Shown here: piece by piece, positions 36,047 to 45,201 of the stretch | How the letters are laid out: each line of letters opens with the position of its first letter | How positions within the stretch are numbered: the first letter of the stretch is position 1 | Assembly (NCBI GenBank): GCA_023269035.1 | Contig: JAHFMJ010000004.1 | Coordinates: forward strand, 1-52,940 | Direction of reading: 5' to 3' | Origin: Candidatus Kaiserbacteria bacterium | Lineage (GTDB): Bacteria > Patescibacteriota > Minisyncoccia > Phycocordibacterales > Phycocordibacteraceae | Length of the DNA stretch: 52,940 bases | Notes under the pieces: generated by a model | Seen by the model: the letters and a program-made list of their open reading frames with translations, nothing else | Told to the model about the DNA's origin: nothing | Database searches by the model: none | Translations under genes and position numbers: made by a program

Positions 36047-39013
36047 ATGGCAGTGCGTCTTGATGTTGTTACCACGATCGAAGACGCACGCGCGGGACTC
36101 AGGCTCAAGGCTTTCCGGGAGAGTGCAGGCAGCACGGTTACTGCTGTCCATGTCGCCGACTCATACCTCTTAGACGCAGCGCTCTCGCATGCCGGGCTCA
36201 GCAGAGCCCGGCATGCCCTTATAAACCCGCTCATGGAAGCGGCGCATATGACGGGCGCGTGGGTGCCGAAACGTTTTGCCTATGCGATAGAAGTCGGGTT
36301 CCTCCCCGGCGTGACCGATAACGTGGGCGCGACCGCGCAAGAGACGATAGAAGATGCAACCGGATACGCATTTAAGGCGGGCGAGAAGGTTTACTCTTCT
36401 CAGGTATTTGTGATTGAAGGCGCGCTTACCGAGCACGATGTACATACGATTGCTGCGTCGCTCTATAACCCACTGATACATTCGGCGACGATTTATGACC
36501 GTGCGTCGTGGAAGAAGCGGGATAGGACATTCACGGTTCCAAGAGTCTCGCTCTCTGGCTCGTCGGAAGTTGCGGAAGTAAACTTAGAGCTCGCAGACAC
36601 TGAGCTTGCCGAGTTAGGGAAGCTCGGTATCGCCGATGTGGATGGCACGCGTCGTGGCCCGCTCGCACTCTCGCTCGAGTATCTGAAAACCATTCGCAAC
36701 CACTATCGTGCACTGGGGCGGAAACCGACCGATATCGAGCTTGAGGCTCTGGCGCAGACCTGGAGCGAGCACTGCAAGCACACTATTTTCGCGAGCCCGC
36801 TCGATAGTATCGAGAAAGGCATCTACAAGACCTATATAAAAGGAGCGACGGAAAAAATCCGCGCGAAGAAAGGTAAAAACGATTTCTGCGTCTCCGTCTT
36901 CAAAGATAATTCCGGCGGCATCGTCTTTGACGACGAGTACGTTATCACGCACAAGGCCGAGACGCACAACAGCCCTTCGGCCCTCGACCCCTTCGGCGGG
37001 GCAGTGACCGGTATTGTTGGCGTCAACCGTGATGCGATGGGCTTCGGCCTTGGTGCCAAGCCGGTTGCGAACACGTACGGCTTTTGCTTCGCATCGCCCG
37101 AGGAGACACGGCCGCTGTTCCGCGACAGCGAGCGAACGCAGGAGATGCTCCTACCTAAGCGCATCATGGAAGGGGTCATTAAAGGAGTGAACGTTGGCGG
37201 CAACCAGAGCGGGATACCAACGCCGAACGGCTTCATGATTTTCGACGAGTCGTATCGAGGCAAGCCGCTCGTCTTCGTCGGCACCATCGGCCTTATCCCA
37301 AAGAAACGCGGCAAAAGAGTCTTGTATAAGAAAGAGGCAAAGCCGGGAGACTACATCGTGATGGTCGGCGGGCGCGTGGGGCTCGATGGCGTGCATGGTG
37401 CAACGTTCTCCTCCGAGTCGATAAACGCCGGCTCTCCGGTGACGTCGGTACAGATAGGCGATCCCATTACGCAAAAGAAGTTCAGCGATGTGATAATCAA
37501 AGAGGCGCGCGATCAAGAACTCTACACGAGTATTACTGACAACGGCGCAGGCGGTCTCTCCTCCTCGGTCGGCGAGATGGCAGAGCAGAGCGGCGGGTGC
37601 CACGTGCGGCTTGAGAAAGTACCGCTGAAGTATCCGGGCCTCGCGCCCTGGCAGATCTGGATATCAGAGTCGCAAGAGCGCATGACGCTCGCCGTGCCGA
37701 AAAAAAAGTGGAAGGCATTTCACGCACTCATGCAGCGCCGCGGTGTGGAGGCAACAGTGATCGGGGAGTTCACCGAAAGCGGAAAGTGCATAGTCACCTA
37801 CGGTTCAAAAACGATCATGGATTTGAGCTTGGAGTTCTTGCATGACGGCTTGCCGGTAACACCGTTGAAAACTACGAAGCCAAATTTTGTTTTTGAGGAA
37901 CCGGACGTGCGCGTGCCAAAAGATTTCTCCGGTACGTTTGCGGCCATGCTCGCGCGCGAGAATATCGCAAGCAATGCGTTCATCTCCCGCCAATACGACC
38001 ACGAGGTCCAGAGCGGTTCAGTGCTAAAGCCTTTGCAGGGGAAGGGACAGGTAAATGCGGACGCGGCGGTGTTTCGTCCGCGCCTTGAGTCAGAACGGGG
38101 TGTCGTACTTTCGTCAGGAATTACTCCCTACTACGCCAACATCGATCCGTATGGCGCCGCAGCGGCTTCCATAGATACAGCTGTGCGCTCTGCTGTTGCC
38201 GCAGGCGCCCCGCTCGACCATCTGGCAATACTCGATAACTTTTGCTGGTGTTCATCGGACGAGCCGGAACGGCTGTGGCAGTTGAAAGAGGCCGCCAAAG
38301 CCTGTTACGACGTCGCAGTTGCATACGGTACTCCTTATATATCCGGCAAGGACAGCATGTTTAACGACTTCAAGGGCTATGACGAAAAAGGGAACCCGCT
38401 GAAGATCTCCGTCCTCCCGACGCTTCTTATCTCGACCATTGCGGTAATTAAGGACGCCCAGAAGGCCGTCTCGCTCGACGCTAAGATGCCGGGCGACCTC
38501 GTGTATCTTCTCGGCGAAACGCATGAGGAGCTCGGCGGGTCTGAATATTTCAGGATGATCAGCGAGCATAACCAAGAGGGGAAGATCGGCATGAGTGCGC
38601 CGCAGGTGGACGCGAAGAAAAATCTGCGCCTCTACAAGGCGCTTGCAAAAGCGATAGAGCAGGAACTTGTCGCCTCTTCGGTCTCTGTCACGCGCGGCGG
38701 TGTCGCCGTCGCACTTGCACGCATGGGCATGGCGGGTATGCTCGGCATCGATGCGAACCTTGAAAAAATCCCGGGTTCGACCAAAAAGTCCTACGCGCTC
38801 CTCTTTTCCGAAAGCCAAGGACGCATCATTGTGAGCATCGCTCCCGAGAACGCCACAAAGTTCGAAAAACTTTTTTCCGGACTGCCCTTTAAGAAAATTG
38901 GTACGGTAACGAAAGGGAAGAGCATCTCAATCGCGGTCGGAAAGAAGAATTTCGCAAACCTCCCGCTCGGAAAGGCGCTCGAAGCGTATCGTTCAACTTT
39001 TAAAAATTATTAA
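36047..39013 (+). CDS. purL: FGAM synthase PurL with N-terminal PurS-like fusion
   Basis: QTWSEHCKH, KAETHNSPS, DNGAGG, SESQERM, ISGKDS and FSESQGR motifs; N-terminal LPGVTDNVG and NPLI. Confidence 0.95.
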   Translation: MAVRLDVVTTIEDARAGLRLKAFRESAGSTVTAVHVADSYLLDAALSHAGLSRARHALINPLMEAAHMTGAWVPKRFAYAIEVGFLPGVTDNVGATAQETIEDATGYAFKAGEKVYSSQVFVIEGALTEHDVHTIAASLYNPLIHSATIYDRASWKKRDRTFTVPRVSLSGSSEVAEVNLELADTELAELGKLGIADVDGTRRGPLALSLEYLKTIRNHYRALGRKPTDIELEALAQTWSEHCKHTIFASPLDSIEKGIYKTYIKGATEKIRAKKGKNDFCVSVFKDNSGGIVFDDEYVITHKAETHNSPSALDPFGGAVTGIVGVNRDAMGFGLGAKPVANTYGFCFASPEETRPLFRDSERTQEMLLPKRIMEGVIKGVNVGGNQSGIPTPNGFMIFDESYRGKPLVFVGTIGLIPKKRGKRVLYKKEAKPGDYIVMVGGRVGLDGVHGATFSSESINAGSPVTSVQIGDPITQKKFSDVIIKEARDQELYTSITDNGAGGLSSSVGEMAEQSGGCHVRLEKVPLKYPGLAPWQIWISESQERMTLAVPKKKWKAFHALMQRRGVEATVIGEFTESGKCIVTYGSKTIMDLSLEFLHDGLPVTPLKTTKPNFVFEEPDVRVPKDFSGTFAAMLARENIASNAFISRQYDHEVQSGSVLKPLQGKGQVNADAAVFRPRLESERGVVLSSGITPYYANIDPYGAAAASIDTAVRSAVAAGAPLDHLAILDNFCWCSSDEPERLWQLKEAAKACYDVAVAYGTPYISGKDSMFNDFKGYDEKGNPLKISVLPTLLISTIAVIKDAQKAVSLDAKMPGDLVYLLGETHEELGGSEYFRMISEHNQEGKIGMSAPQVDAKKNLRLYKALAKAIEQELVASSVSVTRGGVAVALARMGMAGMLGIDANLEKIPGSTKKSYALLFSESQGRIIVSIAPENATKFEKLFSGLPFKKIGTVTKGKSISIAVGKKNFANLPLGKALEAYRSTFKNY

Positions 39014-39015
39014 CT

Positions 39016-39762
39016 ATGATTGAACGACCCTCAGAAGCAAAAGAAAGCGGTTCTCACCAAGGCAGGGCTTTGGCAGAGTCGCTTCGTTTTCGCACTTGGC
39101 GTGACTCTTCCCTTGCTTGGATACGGGAGGATAACCTCGAAAAACTCGACGTTATCCGGTCAATCGTGGTTGTCGGATCATCAAACTCCGGTAAGACGAC
39201 CATCGTTAACTACATCCGAGAGATGCTCAATAACCATCCGGCTTTCTCCCAAGCTTTTGACATACCAAAGCGGGTGATTACTCGGCCTCAAAGAAAAAAC
39301 GATGATCTCGAAGAGAATATATTTGCCTCAACTAGCGAGGATTTTACGCGAGAGACAGAGAGAGGGATTGCCTGGGAACGCGATATGGGTGCTGGTCGGA
39401 CTGAACGATACGGATTCGTAAAGAGTGACCCAAACAAGATCCCTATATACTCCGCCAACAACGCGTTACTAAAGAACAGAGATAGTATCGTTTCTTCAGA
39501 CCCAAGTTTTTTGGATCACTCGCTGGTGATTTTGGTTTCCGCGCCAGACGATGCCCGTGCGAAACGTCTTGAAAAAAGGTCTCCTGATATTGTGAAAGAT
39601 AAACCTGAAGAAGCTAAAATGCGTATGGAAGACAGTGCCATGAATCAGTACCCCAATTGTCATGTTGTAGTACACAACCCCGAAGGTGCACAAGCAGAGG
39701 TTAAAAAAATTCTCGCCTTCGTACTTGAGAACATCCTTGCGTCGATTAAAGGCACCGTATGA
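39016..39762 (+). CDS. PhnN/guanylate kinase-like P-loop kinase
   Basis: VVGSSNSGKTT, RVITRP..EN, YG and RAKRLEKR motifs. Confidence 0.65.
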   Translation: MIERPSEAKESGSHQGRALAESLRFRTWRDSSLAWIREDNLEKLDVIRSIVVVGSSNSGKTTIVNYIREMLNNHPAFSQAFDIPKRVITRPQRKNDDLEENIFASTSEDFTRETERGIAWERDMGAGRTERYGFVKSDPNKIPIYSANNALLKNRDSIVSSDPSFLDHSLVILVSAPDDARAKRLEKRSPDIVKDKPEEAKMRMEDSAMNQYPNCHVVVHNPEGAQAEVKKILAFVLENILASIKGTV

Positions 39763-40547
39763 AAACCAGAGTACTCATCTTTTCAGGATACGGCCTTAAC
39801 TGCGAAGAAGAAACCGCATACGGTTTTACGCTTGCGGGAGCCTCGACGGATATCGTACACATCAATGATGTTATCGACGGACGGGTAAAATTGAAAGACT
39901 ATCAGATACTCGCGTTCCCCGGCGGCTTTTCCTATGGCGACGATACCGGAAGCGGGAAGGCCTATGCCAACCGAGTGAGGAACCACCTCGGCAAAGAGCT
40001 CAAGGATTTTCTGAAACGCGATACCCCCCGCCAATCGCGGGGCAAGCTCATCATCGGCATCTGCAACGGCTTTCAGATACTCACCCAGCTCGGCCTGCTT
40101 CCGGGTGCGCTCACCTTCAACGACTCGAACCGCTACATCGATAGGTGGGTGGACCTTAAGCCTGAGGGTGATAGCCCATGGCTGAGGGGGATAGAAAAGC
40201 TCTCCGTGCCGATAGCGCATGGCGAAGGAAAATTCATTGCAGACAAAAAGACCCTTGCCGAACTGAAGAAGAAAAAACAAGTCGCGTTCCGCTATGTGAA
40301 AGGGGAGACATCGACGTATCAGGATCTGCCCGCAAACCCGAACGGCGCGATGGAAAATATCGCCGGCGTCCTCTCGCACAAAGGCCGGGTGCTCGGCATG
40401 ATGCCGCACCCCGACCGCCATCTCTTTTCTATCCAACGTCCCGACTGGCCGCTCTTAAAGGAACAGGCAAAACGGGCTGGTACCTTGCTCCCCGAGCACG
40501 GCCAAGGCCTCCAGATTTTCAAAAACGGTGTCGAGTATTTTAGATAA
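39759..40547 (+). CDS. purQ: FGAM synthase glutaminase subunit
   Basis: GLNCEEE, PGGFSYGD, GICNGFQ, AHGEG, NPNG and MMPHPDR motifs. Confidence 0.96.
   Translation: MKTRVLIFSGYGLNCEEETAYGFTLAGASTDIVHINDVIDGRVKLKDYQILAFPGGFSYGDDTGSGKAYANRVRNHLGKELKDFLKRDTPRQSRGKLIIGICNGFQILTQLGLLPGALTFNDSNRYIDRWVDLKPEGDSPWLRGIEKLSVPIAHGEGKFIADKKTLAELKKKKQVAFRYVKGETSTYQDLPANPNGAMENIAGVLSHKGRVLGMMPHPDRHLFSIQRPDWPLLKEQAKRAGTLLPEHGQGLQIFKNGVEYFR
40023..40043. repeat. 21-nt in-frame hairpin insertion in purQ (CCCCGC-CAATC-GCGGGG)
   Basis: Encodes TPRQSRG just before KLIIGICNG. Confidence 0.6.
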
Positions 40548-40555
40548 GAAAACTC

Positions 40556-40690
40556 TTATCTTTTTCTCCTATCGTTCCACCTCCGGAGGCTTCTTTTCGT
40601 TAGAGTGAGTTGTTCTATGAGCAATTCGAGGAATTTGATCGCTCCGCTAACCACGCTGGCGGTTTGTACCTCGTATTTTTTTCCGGTCAT
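40556..40690 (-). CDS. Possible small protein (44 aa)
   Basis: MTGKKYEVQTASVVSGAIKFLELLIEQLTLTKRSLRRWNDRRKR, between purQ and the leader promoter. Confidence 0.35.
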   Translation of the reverse strand: MTGKKYEVQTASVVSGAIKFLELLIEQLTLTKRSLRRWNDRRKR

Positions 40691-40729
40691 AGTTTTTCTA
40701 CGCTATCACGGCTCTTAGAGAAAGTCTAT

Positions 40730-40758
40730 TTGACGCGGCGCATCCTGGCAGGTACCCT
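40730..40758 (+). promoter_or_regulatory. sigma70-type promoter TTGACG-N17-TACCCT
   Basis: Canonical spacing; 8 nt before the leader ATG. Confidence 0.65.
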
Positions 40759-40766
40759 AAGAGCAC

Positions 40767-40838
40767 ATGCACTCAGCCCAGAACATGATGATGGCGATGA
40801 TGATGTCTATGAAAAGGCTGGTTTTGCGTACGCCCTAA
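40767..40838 (+). CDS. Met-rich leader peptide MHSAQNMMMAMMMSMKRLVLRTP
   Basis: 8 in-frame ATG codons in 23, 7 of them within 9 consecutive codons; not in ORF track. Confidence 0.8.
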   Translation: MHSAQNMMMAMMMSMKRLVLRTP

Positions 40839-40900
40839 TTAGTTCAAAGCCCTCGACCAAGACCAGCCTTCGCACCTCCGAGGGCTTTTTATTTACTTTT
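40814..40900 (+). promoter_or_regulatory. Transcription attenuator: antiterminator 40814-40826/40858-40870 versus terminator 40846-40855/40879-40888 plus U tract
   Basis: AAGGCTGGTTTTG pairs with CAAGACCAGCCTT (13 bp, one GU); AAAGCCCTCG pairs with CGAGGGCTTT, followed by TTATTT. Confidence 0.78.
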
Positions 40901-40911
40901 TCACCATCACC

Positions 40912-41877
40912 ATGCCAGAAAGACAACCGAAGAATAATGAGCGCAGAGGACGATTCGCCTGGATAGCCGAGAGTATCAATACGTACAAAAGAGCCCGCTG
41001 GCAGGCGTTTTACGAAAAGATACGCAAAGATACCGGTGTCGCCCATGTAAACGATTGCGCTGACGACGATGCGCGGACGCGCCTTACCGCGCGTTCGTCA
41101 GAATTGCTCGGCCGTTTTGCTGGCTTTACCGGCGTGACCACTGATCTCGAGGGTGCCGGCGGTATCATCAATGCCCTTGATGCACTCAGCGGAGCAGGCC
41201 ACCCGAAATCGAGAAAACATAAGAACGTCATACTTGCCAATGTTGCTCCGCGCGAAGGGGAGGCCGCAAAACGGAATGAGAACGGAAGCCCGTTTTGCTA
41301 CTTCTGGCACCAGGGGACGCTGGTCGTCACGACGGTAGACGGCCTCTCGCTCTCGCTCGTCAAGAAATTCGGTCTCACCAAGAAGGTCCATGTGCTTGAT
41401 ACGAAAAAGGCGCTCGCGCTCTTCAGGAGGAAAGGCATGATCACCCCGGAAGAGGAGGGGCGCATAGGCTCGACCCAATTCAGGAGTTATGAGTTCTCGC
41501 CGCGCGTCGCCGCCTATGTCCTCCGCTATGGCGGTATCCCCGGCGCAGAGCAAAGGAAGATACAAGACATACCGGACGCTCCAGCAGCCGTATGGCTCGT
41601 CGATCAGTTCGCCAAATACGGCAACTGCAAGACGACGGTAACCCTGGAGGATGTTGCGATCGATACGAGCGACACGAGCAAGAGCCCCCACGGCTCTATC
41701 ACCACCAGGTTCGGCAAGCTCCCGTTCTTTCCGCGCCTAAAGGATGCGCTTGAGGGTACGCCCTGCATCGTCGTCGGGAGCTCCGGCCTCGGCAAAAGGC
41801 GTTTCCTTGAAATAGTCATTAAGGGAGGGAATGCCGCACAGGCCCTCGGCCTCTCTTCAGGAGACGAGATTTTCTAG
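40912..41877 (+). CDS. SAM hydroxide adenosyltransferase/halogenase (DUF62) family protein, divergent
   Basis: C-terminal VD.F..GN.KT and GSSG...LEIV.KGGNAA..LGLSSGDEI; N-terminal NDC, NVAPR, TQFRS. Confidence 0.75.
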   Translation: MPERQPKNNERRGRFAWIAESINTYKRARWQAFYEKIRKDTGVAHVNDCADDDARTRLTARSSELLGRFAGFTGVTTDLEGAGGIINALDALSGAGHPKSRKHKNVILANVAPREGEAAKRNENGSPFCYFWHQGTLVVTTVDGLSLSLVKKFGLTKKVHVLDTKKALALFRRKGMITPEEEGRIGSTQFRSYEFSPRVAAYVLRYGGIPGAEQRKIQDIPDAPAAVWLVDQFAKYGNCKTTVTLEDVAIDTSDTSKSPHGSITTRFGKLPFFPRLKDALEGTPCIVVGSSGLGKRRFLEIVIKGGNAAQALGLSSGDEIF

Positions 41878-41907
41878 CTTTTGCAGAGTGCGGTATGATA
41901 TGAGCTT

Positions 41908-42435
41908 ATGAGTACAGCGCTTGTCGGCATCATCATGGGCTCGGACTCCGACCTCACCATCATGAAGGCCGCCGCTGATGTGCTCGAAGAGCTCGGCATC
42001 GCCTCTGACGTGACCGCCCTCTCGGCACACCGCGCACCGGAGGAGGTCGCTGAATACGCAAAAACTGCAGCGGAAAAAGGCCTTAAAGTTATCATCGCAG
42101 GCGCGGGCGTTGCGGCGCACCTCCCTGGCGTCATTGCCGCTTTCACGCCGTTGCCCGTCATCGGCGTTCCTATCAAGAGCTCCGCTACTGCGGGTATCGA
42201 CTCGCTCTTCGCCATCGCGCAGATGCCGCCGGGCGTTCCCGTTGCGACCGTTGCCATAAACGGTGCAAAGAACGCCGGCATCCTCGCCGCGCAGATAATC
42301 GGCACGGGCGACGCTTCGGTTTTACAGAAAATGATCGACTACAAGAAGAAGATGAATGCCGATGTCGTTGCCAAAGCACAAAAGATAGAAGAGCGCGGGT
42401 TTAAAAAATACATGGAAGAAAACGGCTTGCTATGA
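41908..42435 (+). CDS. purE: N5-CAIR mutase
   Basis: IIMGSDSD, SAHR.P, AGAG.AAHLPG and QMPPGVPVATV motifs. Confidence 0.97.
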   Translation: MSTALVGIIMGSDSDLTIMKAAADVLEELGIASDVTALSAHRAPEEVAEYAKTAAEKGLKVIIAGAGVAAHLPGVIAAFTPLPVIGVPIKSSATAGIDSLFAIAQMPPGVPVATVAINGAKNAGILAAQIIGTGDASVLQKMIDYKKKMNADVVAKAQKIEERGFKKYMEENGLL

Positions 42436-43547
42436 GCGAGTACGCGAAGGCAGGTGTGGACTATTCAGTACTGGAGCCCTTCAAGCAGGCGATGATCGCG
42501 GCGGGGAAGCAGACACTCAGCTTTCCTAACAAAAGAGATGTCTTTGTCGCCGAAGACGTGATGCATGCGCACGGAGCCGTGTTCGAATATCGCGGGAAGA
42601 AAGATCACCTGTGGTGCCAGACGCAGGAGGGTCTCGGCAACAAGAACTGGGTCGCGGAGTGGATGTATGAGAACAGCGGTACCGGCAAGACCTACCACGA
42701 CCTCATAGCACAGGACGTAGCGCTCATGTCGGCCAACGACTGCCTCGCACAGGGCGCCTTGCCGGTCATTTTTACCGATCATATCGAAGCCAATTCGAGC
42801 GAGTGGTTCGGGGATGTAAAGCGTGCACAAGATTTGGCCGCCGGATTCGTAAAAATCTGCGAGGAGGTCGGGATGGCCCTCCCTGCCGGAGAGTCTGCTC
42901 CTTTGAAATATTTGATAAATCCTAAAGCGCCCGTGAAGAACGCGGCGAGCTTCTCTGGCGCCGTCACCGGTATCATCGCGCCGAAGAAGAACGTCATAAC
43001 TGGCAAAGACCTCAAACCGGGCGACCACATCATCGCGGCAACCTCCTCCGGCATCCACTCGAACGGCATTTCCTTGGTAATAACGAAGGCGATGGATTTG
43101 CCTGAAAATTTTTTGACCAAGCTTCCGAACGGAAATACGCTCGGAGAGGAGACACTCATCCCGACTCGTTCGTATATAAAGCTCATAGAAGCTCTTTTGG
43201 AAAATGAGATCAAGATCAGCGCGCTGCTTCCTGCGACCGGCGACGGCGTGGGCAAGATAGCTTTCGACAAAAGACCCTTCACCTACCGCATCAGCTCGTG
43301 GCTCCCTGTCCCGCCGCTCTTCACGTATTTCCGGGAACAGTTGGGGCTCCCGCTCGAGGACTGCCTCAAGACCTTCAACTGGGGTGCGGGATATTATATC
43401 TTCGCTCCAGAGGGTGAAGTGAAAAAAATACTTTCCATCGGAAAGAAAATAGGGTATGAACTGATGGATGTCGGGGTCGTCGAAGCAGGGAAAAGGGAAG
43501 TGGTGTTCGAACCCGAAAATATTACCCTCATGCCTCCGGGCGAATAA
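42432..43547 (+). CDS. purM: AIR synthase
   Basis: YAKAGVD, EGLGNK, AGESA, SSGIHSNG and TFNWG motifs. Confidence 0.9.
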   Translation: MSEYAKAGVDYSVLEPFKQAMIAAGKQTLSFPNKRDVFVAEDVMHAHGAVFEYRGKKDHLWCQTQEGLGNKNWVAEWMYENSGTGKTYHDLIAQDVALMSANDCLAQGALPVIFTDHIEANSSEWFGDVKRAQDLAAGFVKICEEVGMALPAGESAPLKYLINPKAPVKNAASFSGAVTGIIAPKKNVITGKDLKPGDHIIAATSSGIHSNGISLVITKAMDLPENFLTKLPNGNTLGEETLIPTRSYIKLIEALLENEIKISALLPATGDGVGKIAFDKRPFTYRISSWLPVPPLFTYFREQLGLPLEDCLKTFNWGAGYYIFAPEGEVKKILSIGKKIGYELMDVGVVEAGKREVVFEPENITLMPPGE

Positions 43548-43549
43548 CT

Positions 43550-44482
43550 ATGACTGACGTATTAAAAAAGACCGACTTTAAGAATCTTGGCGAGCGGACG
43601 GAGGGCAAGGTCCGCGATATTTATACGCAGCAGGACAAGATAATCCTGGTCACCACCGACCGCCATTCATCCTTTGACCGCATCATCGCGCACATCCCGC
43701 ACAAAGGCGCGGTGCTCAACCTCGCGAGCGCCTTCTGGTTCAAGAACACCGAGCACATCATCGGCAACCAGGTCATAGCGGTCCCCGACCCGAACGTGGT
43801 CGTGGCGAAGCGCGCCAAGCCGTTCCTCGTCGAGGTGGTGGTGCGCGGCTACCTCACCGGCGTTACCGACACCTCTATATGGACTAACTATCAAAAAGGG
43901 ACGCGCGACTTTGGCGGCATCACGCTCCCCGACGGAATGAAAAAGAACATGCCGCTCCCGAAAGCCATCATCACCCCGACCACCAAAGCCGGGCATGATG
44001 AAAACCTCTCGCTCGATGAGGTGGTACCGCGCGGCCTCGCCACGCAAGCCGAGTGGGACGAGATGCAGCGCGCGGCGCTCGCGCTCTTTGAGTTCGGGCA
44101 ATTGCACGCTGCGGCAAACGGACTCATCTTGGTTGATACCAAATACGAATTTGGTCTCTACGAGGGAAAAGTAATACTCATCGACGAAGTGCACACGCCG
44201 GACAACTCGCGGTACTGGCAAGCCTCTACGTACAAGGAGCGCCTTGCGCAAGGCGAGGAGCCGATGGCGTTTGATAAAGAGTTCCTCCGTATCTGGTTCA
44301 AGCAGAACTGCGACCCATACAAAGACGCCGTACTCCCTGAGGCCCCCGCGGAGATGGTGGAAGAGATGTCACGCCGCTATATCTCGCTCTTTGAGCAATT
44401 GACCGGAGAGAAATTCGTAAAATTCGAGGGCAGCATCACCGAGCGCATAGAAAAGAACCTGATGCCATATCGTCTTGGTTAA
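43550..44482 (+). CDS. purC: SAICAR synthase
   Basis: GKVRDIY, TDRHSSFD, TPTTK, DTKYEFG, DEVHTPD.SRYW and DKEFLR motifs. Confidence 0.96.
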   Translation: MTDVLKKTDFKNLGERTEGKVRDIYTQQDKIILVTTDRHSSFDRIIAHIPHKGAVLNLASAFWFKNTEHIIGNQVIAVPDPNVVVAKRAKPFLVEVVVRGYLTGVTDTSIWTNYQKGTRDFGGITLPDGMKKNMPLPKAIITPTTKAGHDENLSLDEVVPRGLATQAEWDEMQRAALALFEFGQLHAAANGLILVDTKYEFGLYEGKVILIDEVHTPDNSRYWQASTYKERLAQGEEPMAFDKEFLRIWFKQNCDPYKDAVLPEAPAEMVEEMSRRYISLFEQLTGEKFVKFEGSITERIEKNLMPYRLG

Positions 44483-44485
44483 TGC

Positions 44486-45136
44486 ATGAATCAGACCTCC
44501 AAACTTCTTGCATTTACCCGTCTTCTTCAAGGGCTTAAAAACCTTGAGCGTTTCAAAGGACAATATTATTGGAAAGAATACCCGCAACCAGAGCGATACG
44601 AGTCGGTCGCCGACCACTCGTGGCGGATGGCCATGATGTTGGTGGTTATTGAGAGCAGCCTTTCACAACCTATCGACTTTAAAAAGGCAATGACGATGGC
44701 ACTCATACACGACCTGCCTGAGATCATCGCTGGCGATCCAAGCCCTCTTGGCTCAGACGGCACCGGCAAGGACTCTCACGCCTATAACGCAGAGTTGAAG
44801 GCGAAGAAGTACGAGAAGGAAAAACAAGCGGCACAGGAAATATTTGGAGCCCTCCCCGAGGATGAGAAGAAGAACCTCTATAGCCTTTGGCTTGAGTATG
44901 AAGGCCAACAGAGCTTCGAGGGCCGCCTGGTCAAAGCGCTCGACCGTATTGAAGCGAAACTCCAAGTGCTTGAGTACACCAAGAAAGACGGCATGTACAA
45001 AAGCCACCTCGACTTCACCATAGCGTATGGGTCCGAGACGCTCGACGTAGACGCCTCGGTAAAGGCCTTCGGCTCAGCAGTGGTAGAAGAACTGCAGAAA
45101 AATTACAAAGAGTTCATCCCGCCGAAGCAGGCATAA
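44486..45136 (+). CDS. HD domain hydrolase (YfbR/HDDC2-like)
   Basis: [17 protein letters not shown] and VKALD motifs. Confidence 0.88.
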   Translation: MNQTSKLLAFTRLLQGLKNLERFKGQYYWKEYPQPERYESVADHSWRMAMMLVVIESSLSQPIDFKKAMTMALIHDLPEIIAGDPSPLGSDGTGKDSHAYNAELKAKKYEKEKQAAQEIFGALPEDEKKNLYSLWLEYEGQQSFEGRLVKALDRIEAKLQVLEYTKKDGMYKSHLDFTIAYGSETLDVDASVKAFGSAVVEELQKNYKEFIPPKQA

Positions 45137-45171
45137 TTTTGATTAATGACTAATTTTCTGCTATAGTACAC

Positions 45172-45193
45172 AAGCTCCCCGCGGAGCTTTTTT
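45172..45193 (+). terminator. Terminator-like hairpin before typA
   Basis: AAGCTCC-CCGC-GGAGCTT followed by a T run. Confidence 0.5.
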
Positions 45194-45201
45194 CGTAAAA
45201 T

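Noticed and set aside
40610-40966. 118-aa TTG-started ORF that reads the ATG run in another frame as EHDDGDDD
   Set aside because: It runs through a promoter and a terminator, overlaps the next gene and has no recognisable features; the Met frame has a properly placed promoter and explains the helices.
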